This document shows, piece by piece, positions 13,113 to 24,985 of a stretch of 64,000 nt of DNA; within the stretch, counting starts at the first letter, position 1, and every line of letters begins with the position of its first letter. The notes under the pieces are model-generated. The model saw nothing but the letters and a program-made list of their open reading frames with translations. It was not told the origin of the DNA and did no database searches. Origin of the DNA: Azolla caroliniana (lineage: Eukaryota; Plantae; Polypodiophyta); contig JBHGNT010000005.1 of the NCBI GenBank assembly GCA_043228905.1, positions 23,498,001-23,562,000 on the forward strand, read 5' to 3'. Both the position numbers and the translations under genes were made by a program.

Positions 13113-16100
13113 AACATGTTCGTGTTCACAAGTGGAAGGATCGCGCATTCCACTTATAGATTCCTTTTATAATCTTGCGATATTAGGCGATTTTCAGAAA
13201 ATTGATACACTAATATCACATGTTTTAAACAACTTGTAAAATCTGTTAATTTTTTGAGATTTAACAAGTTTCAAAATAATAATTTCTAAAATTGAATAGT
13301 TTTTCAATCAATGTTTAAACGTTGATGGTTTGCAGATATTAAATGTAGTGAACTTAAAGAAAATCACAATGGTTAACTTAAGGCACAAGTTAAAATTAAT
13401 GGTTTCACCATCTTGAGAAGATGTAGGTTCCAAAACTAGAAGTTACATCTATTGTTAGACTTGAAAATGTTTTAAGTATAAGAGGTAACATTGTAATCCT
13501 TAATGCCATCATTTATAAATTTAGTGCTCATTAACATCCATAAATTCACAACTCAAGAAATGTATAGAATATTCATAAACAATTTTGATAAATCCGTAAC
13601 TCCTAAAATGTAGTTGATATTCATAAACTGTCAAAACTGCCAAACTTAGATGTAACCATTAATATATCAATTTGAATATATCACATACTTATCAAGGTAT
13701 CCACAATGCTCTCATTTTCTTCATTTTGAGAGCTCCCCTACAAATTTTGTGAAGTAAATGGCATTTGCAAGGTTCAACTACCATCAACACAATTATTAAT
13801 GGTTTTTTGTTAATCAAGGAAGCACATGTTCACTATAAGGTATCTTGTTGTGCAACATACTTCTTTACAACATCGATATGCATCTTTTACTCTTTTCAAA
13901 ACAAAGATTTTTGTACAATTCGAGTTCATGTAAACCCTAAACCTCTTTTATTTGAAAACGAAGAAGATTTCTAAACATGAACTCCATACATTGTATTGAG
14001 TTGATGTAAAAAACAAAGTTTTCATCACAATTCCATACAACGTATCAAATTCATGTTCAAAGTTTTTTTTCCCGAATTTAAAAAAATAAAAAAATAGAAC
14101 TTGACTTGATGAAAAAACCAGAATTTTCACCACAATTCAGTACAATGTACCTAGTTCATGTTTAAAGTAATTTTTTAAATTTTTTAAATTTTTTTTAAAA
14201 TTTTAAATTTTTTTTTTTTATTCTTTTGATTTTTTTCAATTTTTCTTTTTGGAAAAAAAAACTTTAAACATGAATTCGATACATTGTATCGACTTGCGAT
14301 GAAAACTTTGGTTTTTTCATCACTTCAACATTTATTAAAAAAAACCAAAAAGACCCAAAATAAATAGAAAAACAACCAAAATTGTTTTTTTTTAAACCCA
14401 AAAAAAAAACTTTAAACATGAACTCAATACATTGTATCGAATTCATGTCAAAAAGTTAGCTTTTCGACATGAACTCGATACAATGTATCAAGTTGGTCTT
14501 GAAAACTTTGTTTTTCAACACGAACTTGATACATTGTATCGAGTTTGTGTCAAAAAGTTGACTTTTCAACATGAATTCGATAGAATGTATCGAGTTCGTG
14601 TTAAAAAATTTTAAACACAAACTTGATACATTGTATCGAGTTCATGTCAAAAAGCTGAGTTTTTAAACACAAACTGGATACGATGTATCGAGTTCGTGTT
14701 GAAAATCTTACTTTTCAACACAAACTTAATACAATGTATCAAGTTCATGTTGAAAGTTTTTTTTTTTTCTATTTATTTGGGGTCTTTTTGTTTTGTTTTT
14801 TTTAAATTTTGAAGTGATGAAAAAACTAGAGTTTTCGTCACAAGTCGATACAATGTATCGAATTCAAGTTAAAAAAAAAATTAAAAAAATTACTTTGAGC
14901 ATGAACTCTATACATTGTATTGAATTGTGGTGAAAAAACTAGTTTTTTCATCAACTCAAGCTCAATTGTTTTATTTTTTTATTTTTTTAAATTTGAGAAA
15001 AAAACTTTGAACATGAATTTGATACATTGTATGTAATTGTGATCAAAACTCTATTTTTTACATCAACTCAATAAAATGTATGGAGTTCATGTTTAGAAAA
15101 CTTCTTCTTTTTTCAAATAAAAGAGGTTTCGAGTTTACATGAACTCGAATTGTACTAAAATCTTTGTTTTTACAAGAGAAAAAGATGCATATCGATATTG
15201 CAAAGAATTATGTTGCACAACAAGACACCTTATGGTGAACATGTTCTTTATTGATTAACACGAAACCATTAATAATTGTATTGAAGGTAATTGAACCTTG
15301 CAAATGCCATTTACGTGGTCTATAAAATATTCTCGTGGTTCTTAATCACCACTTCAAGCACTTAATGTTGATCTTCATACTAGTTTGGTTCATCTACAAT
15401 AGAGAAACATTTATGTGGAACTAAGGATGACAACACGAGCATAATTCAGGTGACAAGGAAACTTGCAAGAACTCAAGATGGGGATATTAATAGCTACACA
15501 TGTAGATGGCCATGACCTAGGGCACCAATTCTGCATTGGTAAAGTTTTGGACATGGTGATGCATTAAACTTTTGTAATACATCTATCATTAACATTAGTG
15601 AGGTGGATATCATTGTGTATGACTTTACACTGACAAAAGTTGGATGTTTAAGGACGACAACGATAGACATAATAAAAAAGATATTACCAAGACTAGAAGA
15701 TATCTCAGATTGAAGGTGAACAAGATTTAGTGCACACAATTTGGAGACACCATTTAGTGAAGACAATGATTTAATTGGTACATTTGAAAATGAGGATGAA
15801 GAGTCACAATTGTATATTAGCTATAGTAGTGATTCTCATGAAAGGAATGATGATAGTGATGCAAATAACTCCTAAATGTATTTTTTGTACAACGATAAGT
15901 AAGAAATTTAGACAACATTTTATCGAATGAAATAAAAAAGTTGATTGTTGTGAAATCTATCGCTTATGATTTCGTTAGGATCTAAAGTACTACTAGTTGT
16001 AATTTCTCCTTAAAAATACACAAAGTTACTTTTCGTATTTGGCCAAATTTTGGCATTTTTCAATTTTACCGAACGGTGAAATTTTTAGCTTTTTCATCAA

Positions 16101-16230
16101 GTTTTTGAGAACATGTGATACTGGTATCAAGGTGTTTTGTGAAATGGCCAAAAAAGCCCCAAAATCAGACAAAATATTCCTTATCCTTCCATTTGTGCGT
16201 GATCCTTCCACTTGTGAACGCAAACGTGTT
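13113..16230. mobile_element. Non-autonomous TIR DNA transposon with 4-bp TSD (AGAA), Sola-like
   Basis: 35-bp TIR aacatgttcgtgttcacaagtggaaggatcgcgca / tgcgtgatccttccacttgtgaacgcaaacgtgtt, extending imperfectly to ~120 bp; AGAA at 13109-13112 and 16231-16234; removal restores the L1 frame (ILVLQD). 15440-15875 resembles the C-terminus of the 59-60 kb transposase. Confidence 0.8.
13754..15314. mobile_element. Foldback element (~1.56 kb) with very long inverted arms and internal palindromic ~50-bp repeats
   Basis: gtaaatggcatttgcaaggttcaa... mirrors ...ttgaaccttgcaaatgccatttac over several hundred bp; core units AACATGAACTCGATACA-W-TGTATCGAGTTCATGTT. TSD not resolved. Confidence 0.85.
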
Positions 16231-17098
16231 AGAACTAATATACGAAGTGATGTCGATAAAAAAGAATCATCGTGCATCACATACATTCTATCTCACTGAC
16301 TCCATGTTTGTCTATGTTGAGCAGATTGGAAAGTAAAAGCTAGATCATTCCCATGCAACCATGTCCAAAGATCCAACTTCAGAACCTCCATGGATGTTAT
16401 GATCATTACCGGCCACAACCGGTTCACGTATACATACTCGGATGCAAAGAACAAGTCAATATCATATAGACAAAGCAAAAAAACAGAGAACAGAGACACA
16501 TAATGTTTTATGTGGAAAACCTGAAAGGGAAAAACCACAGTGGTCCACAAACCCCAAGAAACAAAACACTAAGTGTGCGGCGAGGAGTACAAGGAGACTC
16601 GGAGGCAACAACCTCGAGCTCGTCTTCGTTTAACAGACGACAGCAGAGTTCCTACTCTCTCTCTCTCTCTCTCTTACTCTTACTAGTTATAGAGGCAACA
16701 ACTACCTATAACTTGTTACAACTATATTGATTATTGTTGGGAAATTGGTCCCTCCAAATGAGAACCAAATGAGCCGGATCAGACAAGTTGAAGGAAGGAA
16801 ATAGACCAGATGGATCCGAAAGGTATCCAGTCGGTCATATTTGTAAATAGCCCCAATGTTATATATGTATAAATATACCTAGGGCAACACTGTTCTAAGT
16901 TGTTGTAGTTGTTAGTTGTATAGAGAGAGAGAGAGAGAGATACAGAAAGTCGTATATGTTGTAACCGCCGGTTTGGCAAAGATACAAGGCTTGAGGTTGT
17001 TGGCTCTGTGACTCTTACTGTAATACCTCTTCCCTATAGTGATCCTATTTGGAGTTTCTTGAACTCCCGTGGTTTTCCCCGATTAGGGTTTCCATGTT

Positions 17099-18213
17099 TT
17101 ACCATAAAACATATGCTCCATTGGTATTAATAAAAAGCCCGGAGGCAGTATACAAATAGTACATAATATTGTTTCATCTCCACCAGTATATCTAAAATGA
17201 TTCTAGTATTTGTAAAAACTATTGGGAAAAAAACAGCCATAAAACACAACATTGATTCCAGTGATCTGCTGCAGATTCCATGTCCTCCGTCTTTCCAATC
17301 ATATGTGTCAGGTGTAAGAAGATTTCTGTCTCTATAAGAAGATTCACCATCCCAACAGAAACAGTTGCAAACAGATCTGAAGTGATTCCAACATTTGTAA
17401 AAACTGTTGGGGAGAAAAAAATAGACCATGAAAATGAAATGTACTATACTAATTCCACCTCTCACCCCATTTGCTTCGATCCCCACAACTTATTCACTCT
17501 CCCTTCATGATGTGCTTAGGCCCCCTCACCATCATCACTCCTAAAAACAACCAAATTGCTTCATTCAATCCACCTCCACCATCTCGCCGAATGCCACCAA
17601 TGTCCTGTGGAATTAACAACAAAATAAATAAAAAATTCCTCATCCCCTCATGAGCTGCTTCGACCCCCCCCACCATCATCACTCCTAAAACAGACACATT
17701 GCTTCCTTTAGTCCACATCCACCATCTCGCCGAATAGCACCAATGTCCTGTGCAATGAATCAACAAAAATGAGAAATTGTTCCTCATTCCCTCATGATTT
17801 GCTTCGTTCCCCCACACCATCGTCACTCCTAAAAACAGAGAAATTGCTTCAGTCAAACCACATCCACCATCTCGTCGAATACCACCTCTGACCTATACAA
17901 AAACAACAAAAACAAGTGAATAATGGTTCCTCATCCCCTCATGATTTGCTTTTGTCCCCCCCACCATCATCACTCCTAAAAACAAACAAATTGCTTCAAT
18001 CAATCCACATCCACCATCTCGCTGAGTACCGCCAATATCCTGTGTAATTAACAACAAAATAAGTGAACAATGATTCCTCTCCCCTCCTGATCTGCTTCAG
18101 CCCTCGCACCAACACCACTCATCCTCACACCATGACAAAGTTGCTTCAAATCCCACTGCCATCATCCCGCAACCTATGAGAACCATAATATCTGTCTTAA
18201 GTCAACCTATATC
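17099..18213. mobile_element. 1.1-kb insertion with a 15-bp TSD and ~145-bp tandem repeats (17470-18120)
   Basis: tagggtttccatgtt at 17084-17098 and 18214-18228; the 3' LTR shows the empty site. Confidence 0.85.
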
Positions 18214-21200
18214 TAGGGTTTCCATGTTAATATCATGTGTCATCTTATTTGACTGTGTAAGTGCATTCAATCTCTTGTTTTATTTCTGTTTCTTCCATTG
18301 AGTGATTAAGAATTGGTTGTGGCCGAGCACTATTTGCAACAAACTAGTATTAGAGCGAACAACAAAGGAAAGAAAAATGGAAGATTCATTCAGCGGCATG
18401 TTCAAGCTCACCGGTTCCAACTACCCAGTATGGAAGTCGAAGATGAGGGACATGTTGGTGGTCAAAGATCTATGGTTGTCAGTACAGTTTGGAGATTCAA
18501 GACCAAGATAGATGCTCCAACTTGGGAGGTAATGCACATGAAGACAACAACCTACATCCGTTACTTCATCGACATGAGCCTATACAACAACTTCAATGAG
18601 GAGGAGAAGGCTCATGACTCTCGGAGAAGATAGACATCATGTTTCAGAACAAGAATGTCGTAAATCGAGTCTCAGTATTCCGGAAGTTAGTGAGACTTAG
18701 AAATCAAGATGGCTCCAGCATGGCAGAGCACATGAATGCCTTCCAGGGGCTTATAAATCTGACTACCTCGTTTGAGGTACCTCTAGCCGACGAGGTACTT
18801 GCGTTGTTGTTGCTCGGTTCCCTCCCGGATAGCTGGGAGACGTTAGTTGTCACTTTGGGCAACGCCAGGCTGGACGGTAAACAATTATCCCTAGTGAGAG
18901 TAAAATCAAGCTTGCTAGATGAAGAAGAGGCTCATCTGAAAGACAAGGAAGTGATCTCCGACTCAAAAGCCCTAGTTACTGAAACCGACACACAACGGGG
19001 AAGAGGCCGGAATCCGAGTCCCCAAAATCGGGAAAAGTCGGGGACGAGGTCAAAATCAAGGGGGAGGGCCACATGCTTCTACTGTGGGAAGCTGGGGAAT
19101 TTCCATAAAAATTGCGGACACTACCGGAAAGAGAAAGGAGTCGACAGTGTCGACTCGATGAAGAGTTCGGACCGAAAGAGCTCGGATTGGAAAGGAATGT
19201 CGTCAATCGCGACAAGTGAGGAAGAACTACTTCATCACCGAGGAGAACGAGCTACATCTTGTCAACGACGAAACGATGTGGGTGGTCGACTCCGTAGCAT
19301 CGTTCCATCTAACTCCTGACCAGAAGTGCTTTGCATCCTACAGAGCCAGAGATCACGATTGTGTGAGGATGGGGAATGAAGGTGCATACCGAATTGTCGG
19401 CATAGAAGTCGTGTGGCTAACAACATCAACCGGGTGCAAGTTTCTGTTGAAGGATGTCTGACACGTTCTGGAGGTTCAGTTCAACGTGATATCAGCCGAT
19501 CGACTAGATGATGAAGGCTACACGGGTAGCATCCGGAACAGAGTCATGAAGTTCAGCAAAGGGAGCCTGATCGTGGCCCGACCCCGGAAGATCAACACAT
19601 TGTACCTGATGCATGCTCGGATATGCCGGGAGGAAGTAAATGTGGCATCCGACACTTCCGGTGAGTTGTGGCACAAGAGGTTGTGTCACATGAGTCAGAA
19701 AGGGATGCGTAAACTTGTCGAGGACAACCTCATTTCAGAGGTGAAAGACGTGCAGCTTGAGAGGTGCACAAACTATTTGGCTGACAAGCAGAACTGAACC
19801 TATTTCCAGTCGAGACCACCGATGAGACAGAAAACACCATTGGAACTTGTGCATACCGACGTATGCTCCGTGGACAGGAAGTCACATGCCGGATCACAGT
19901 ACTTTGTGACATTCATAGATGACCACAACCGGAAGTTGTGGGTTTCCACGCTGAAGATGAAGGACCAGGTATTGTCCTTCTTCAAGGAGTTCCATGCAAG
20001 AGTTGAAAGAGAAACCGGTTAGAGGCTGAAGGCGGCTCGAGCGGAAAATGGAGGCGAATATCGGGGGTAGTTTAAGGAGTACTGCCGGTCAAAGGGAATT
20101 TGGCTCGAATTTATCGTGCTGAAGACGCCGAAGCTTAACGGATTGGCCAAGTGAATGAACCGAACAGTAATGGAGAGAGTCCGGAGTATGCTTGCTCATG
20201 CCAAGTTGTCCAAGACATTTTGGGCTAAGGCACCGATGATGGCAACGTACGTGATAAACAGATCACTCTAAGCCCTCTTGGACGGAGACACACTGCAGAG
20301 AGTATGGACCGGTAACGATGTGTCTTACCGACACTTGAAGGTGTTCGGTTGTCTCACTTACGTACATCTAGCAAAGGACAAGAGAGAAAATTTGGATCCG
20401 AAGTCCTGGCCATGCATATTCCTTAGATACGGTGATGATGAGTTCGGCTACCGGTTGTGGAGCCTAGACGAAAAGAAAGTGATCCGGAGTCGAGACATAG
20501 TCTTCATGGAAGACAAGACCATTGCCGATTGGGAGTCGGAGAAGAAAACAATGGATTCCGGGTCGACCGATAGAGATCGGTTGGAAGAAACAATGCCATG
20601 TCCAATCGGAAGCCAGATGTCAACCGAAGACCGTGTAGAACCTGCCAGATTTAGACGATGAACCGAATCGACCAAAGAAGAATTGGACACCGGAACCGGA
20701 CAAGACCCCAAATCGGATTCAGATGAAGAATAGATGGAGGAGCCAGTGGTCGAAACCAAGGACGGAGATACCCTCTTAGAGAGAGAGAAGAGCCCCCCGG
20801 AGATTTCCGGATGCAGAGTGTGTTTTGTTGACTGACGAGGGGGAGCCGGAAAGCTTTGAAGAAGCAACGAGGGACCCCCACAACCGAAAATGGTTGAGTG
20901 TCATGTAGGAAGAAATGGATTCCTTGCATGAGAACCATACATACGAACTGACGAAGCTGTCGAAAGAAAAGAGAGCGCTCCAGAATAAGTGGGTGTACAA
21001 GTTAAAACCGGGAGATGCCAGAAATCCACCAAGATACAAAGCCCGGATCCGTGGAGAAGGGATTCTAGCAAAAGAAAGGAGTGGATTTCGACGAGATTTT
21101 TGCTTTGGTGATCAAGATGACATCCATCCGGATAGTGCTGATCATAGCGGCAAGCATGGACCTCAAGGTCGAACAACTAGATGTCAAGACGGCGTTTCTA

Positions 21201-21458
21201 CACTGTGATCTCGAGGAAGACATCTACATGCAACAACTAGAGGGATTCATCACGAGAGGGAAGAAGAACCTAGTGTACCGGTTGAAGAAGAGTTTATACG
21301 GATGAAGATTCGGCTCCGGTAAACCCCTATTGGAAGGCTTCGCCGATTTGGACATGTCGGCTGATGAAGATACCAGTTGGTGTACATCCGGATATGTCAT
21401 GACATATGCAGGGGGGAGCCATATCATGGTAGTTGAGGCTACAAAAGTCCAATGCACT

Positions 21459-22049
21459 TAGCAATGGGCCCGGTTTCGGCTCAAACCGAACCCAACCGTT
21501 AAACCGTGGCTTAACGGTTTATTGGTTCAAAGATAAATAAACGGTTTGGTTTCATTTCAAATGTTATGATCCGGTTTGGTTTTGGTTCAGTTCGGTTTCG
21601 AATTTCATGGTTTAGCGGTTTAGCGGTTTAGGTTTATGTGGTTCGGTTTAAAGGTTTATAAGTTTATAGGTTAAAAAATATTCTTAAATTTTCATCTCTA
21701 GGCTCTAACTTGTAACTTTTAATTTTAAACCTCTAGGCTCTAACTTATTAAATTTTATATGCATTATAAGTAGAGTCTTCTTTTGATGTATGATTATCGA
21801 ACTTATGATAAGTATGATGACCAAATTTATCGTATGTATGATGACCAAATTTATAATAAGTGTGATAACCAAATTTATGATGATTTTCTCACACAAGTTC
21901 ATAATGTGTGTGATAATCAATATCTCTAAAAAATGGTTTGGTTTGGTTTTAATTTATGATATACCGGTTTGGTTTGGTTCTAAATTTCCCATAAACGGTT
22001 TGATTTGGTTTCAAGGCCAAGAAATTGAACCGAACCGAGCCCATTGCTA
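21459..22049. mobile_element. MITE (hAT-like) with TIR TAGCAATGGGC, inside copia RNase H
   Basis: tagcaatgggcccggtttcgg ... ccgaaccgagcccattgcta; interrupts LQKS|VALSTTE. Confidence 0.88.
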
Positions 22050-23003
22050 GTTGCATTGTCGACTACAGAAGGGGAGTACATGGCATCTGTGGAAGCTAGC
22101 AAGGAAGTAACCTAGATGAAGGACTTAATCGGAGAGCTAGGAATCCGACAAGAGGAATACCGACTCTACTGCGATAGTCAAAGTGCCATCCACCTTGCAA
22201 AGAAAGCGGCCTACCACTCCCGAACCAAGCACATCCAAAGGAAATATCAATGGCTCTGGGATAATGTAGAAGACAAAGATTTTTTGCTGACGAAGATCCA
22301 CACGGAGGAGAACGGGTCGGGCATGCTGACCAAGGTGCTGACAGCCGACAAGCTGGACACGTGCCAGAAATGGATCGGATTGGCAAAATATCCCATGTCG
22401 GAGTGAAGGGGGAGTTTGTTGGGAAACCAGTCCCTCTTGATGGGATCCAAATGAGAACCAAACGAGCCGGATCGGACGAGTCGAAGGAAGGAACCGGACC
22501 GGATGGATGTGGAAGGTATCCGGACGGTCATATTTGTAAATAGCCCCAACGTTATATATGTATAAATATAACTAGGGCAACAATGTTCTAAGTTGTTGTA
22601 GTAGTTGTTGTTAGTGTACAGAGAGACAGAGAGAAAGGGAGAGAGGAGAGAGAGAGATACAGAAAGTCGTATCTGTTGTAACTACGGGTTTGGCGAAGAT
22701 ACAAAGCTTGAGGCCGTTGCCTTTGTGACTCTTCCTGTAATACCTCCTCCCTATAGTGATCCTATTTGGAGTTCCTTGAACTCCCGTGGTTTTCCCGAAT
22801 TAGGGTTTCCACGTTAATATCCTGTGTCATCTTGTTTGACTGTGTAAGTGCATTCAATGTCTTGTTTTATTTCTGTTTCTTCCATTGAGTGATTAAGACT
22901 TGGTTGTGGTCGAGCACTATTTGCAACAATTATCAACTACTCATAATGATTGCCCTACATGTATATATAAAATACAACATTTATGGCTATTTACAAATAT
23001 AGC

Positions 23004-24985
23004 TGTGAAAGTGTTTTTAGAATTCAAGGTATTGAAGTCTACAAGAATATAAGGAATGGTGCGTTCACATCCGGAGGGCAAGATCACGAGCTAAGGTCTT
23101 GAGGATAAGTCAAACAAAAAGCAAGACACGTGGAGAAAAGTAAAAGAAGAAAAAAGCGGGCACCAAAATGCAGTCTGCAACAAACTCTCATAACTCATTC
23201 GTTTGGAAGCCAAATATAATGTGCAAATATGTGTTGGAAAGAAAGCTTGTGAAGAGATCTATCCATAGCTTTTTAAAGCTCTAAATTTAGAGCTTGGACG
23301 AGGGAGATATGACGATTTGAAGATCGTTGTGTCATGGATAAGAATAGGACTCGATGAAAACTCTAAACAAAGCATAAAAAAGAAAGCAATGGAAGCTTAT
23401 CCAGTGGAAGAGAACTTTATATAAAGGAAGAAGAGTAAGGTGGTGTAAGAGAGTCTCAGTGTTGGTTGAGTTGTTATCAATTTATCCTTGTAGACTTGGA
23501 TTTATGTATCTTCTTTCTCTCTTCCTTCCATCATAATTATTCATTATCAATAGATCTTTGTGGTTTTGGGTCTGTTTATCTTCCTTATCTCTCCTTTCTA
23601 TCATCTCTACCTCATCATTTTGGCGCTCCAAGGAGGGTCGATCCTTTTCGTATAACGGGAGGAACGATTGTCCACTCATTGATGGTTGGATCTACTGATT
23701 CATCATCAAACTGATGGCAAGATATGGAGTTCGCAATGCGATAGATCTACGAAGAGAACTTTTCCAATTGCGTATGGTTTCATCAATGTGCTACCTCGAG
23801 TATGAGAAGACGTTTTTGGATATATGGTCCACTAGGATTCGACTTGTTGGAGGTGTTGAAGATGTATACTTCAAGATGCAAAGATTCAAAGCAGGGCTAG
23901 ATCCATATTTTCAATATGAAGTGCATATGAAGTACCCAAGGTCTTTCCATGATTTGCTTCAAGTATGTCAAAGTTATGATCAACAATTGAAGAAGTTGTT
24001 ATTCGGTGAAGCATATGGAGTATCGATGTCATATACCATAAATCCAAGCTATAATAATTGTGGATCGGTCATGAGCCAACAACCAACATACTTGCAATGT
24101 CCGATTCAACAAGTTCACTCATATCATTATTCTAATTTTTGGAGTTATAATGATGTCTATGAAGGTGATTCTAGAGACAAAGAAGAAGAGGTGATGAATG
24201 TGGAGTTCTCCCATATAGTTCATGAGGACAACCATGATACAAAGAATGATGATGTGAAAGACGAATCCAAGGAGATTGTTATGAGAAGCAATGCTATGAA
24301 TGGTGATGCCAATGTAAATCATGTTGAGGACATTATTGATACAACAAGCGATATGGTGATTGATGATGAATATGTGCAAGATGAAATGGAAGATATGACA
24401 AAAAAAGTTGTTGATGGTGAAGTACCCACAACGGAGTTGCAAGATGAGGAAGGTAACCTCGAAGTGATAGCTAGAGATTGGCTTTTGGAGATCAATGCGT
24501 GTAAGGAAGCATTGGTAAGTGCCAAGTTGCAATGTATGAAGGTGTTCGTGCAAGATTTGTGTTTTGGATTTGCATTGAGTAGCAACAAAGCTATGTGGGC
24601 ATCGACTCTTCAACAACAATTTGATCAAGAGCCAAGTGAATTACTTGTAATGCATAATTGGAGTATCATGAACTTATCACCATCAAAGGATCCAACACAA
24701 CTAATCAAATGTATAAAGGAGAAGGAATCATCTATCGACAATGGAAAGCAAGAAGAGGAAAGCATAACAATTGATGAATCTTTGTGGGATAGGGAAAAAA
24801 AATCATTCCACATGGTGTCTAAGGAGGAAGAAGAAGGCATTGAAGAGAAAAGCATTATCACCTTGGAGAAGATGATTTCAAGCTATATCCAAGGAGAAGA
24901 GCATCTAAGGTTTAGTTCTTTTCTTTCTGAGTTTCCAAAGTTATTCATAAATGACTATTCACAAATAAGAGTAGAAGGCATCATA
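23004..24985 (+). mobile_element. Truncated gypsy-type element: LTR ending 23617, tRNA-Asn-like PBS 23621-23644, gag-like ORF from 23714
   Basis: ...ctcatca ttt tggcgctccaaggagggtcgatcc; ORF has gag-like FKAGLDPYFQYEVHMKYPRSFHDLLQVC, an acidic tract and FPKLFINDYSQI. Boundaries approximate. Confidence 0.65.

Larger units (their letters stand above)
16735..22928 (+). mobile_element. Ty1/copia LTR retrotransposon (degenerate): 5' LTR 16735-18341 (interrupted), 3' LTR ~22417-22928, TSD ATTAT
   Basis: Matching TG..CA LTRs; ATTAT at 16730-16734 and 22929-22933; mutated tRNA-iMet PBS tagtattagagc 18345-18356; PPT gaagggggag; gag (CFYCGKLGNFHKNC), protease, integrase (LVHTDVC), RT (QLDVKTAFLH) with a deletion after KKSLYG, RNase H (YCDSQSAIHL..HSRTKHI). 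Confidence 0.95.

Noticed and set aside
14260-14870. Regularly spaced palindromic ~35-bp repeats resembling a CRISPR array
   Set aside because: Spacers are short and similar to each other, there are no cas genes, the context is eukaryotic and the array is the core of a foldback element.
17470-18120. CRISPR-like or protein-coding reading of the ~145-bp repeats
   Set aside because: Whole units repeat with no unique spacers; ORFs across them are short and frame-inconsistent.
23621-23644. tRNA-like sequence
   Set aside because: Only a primer-binding-site-length complement, not a tRNA gene.
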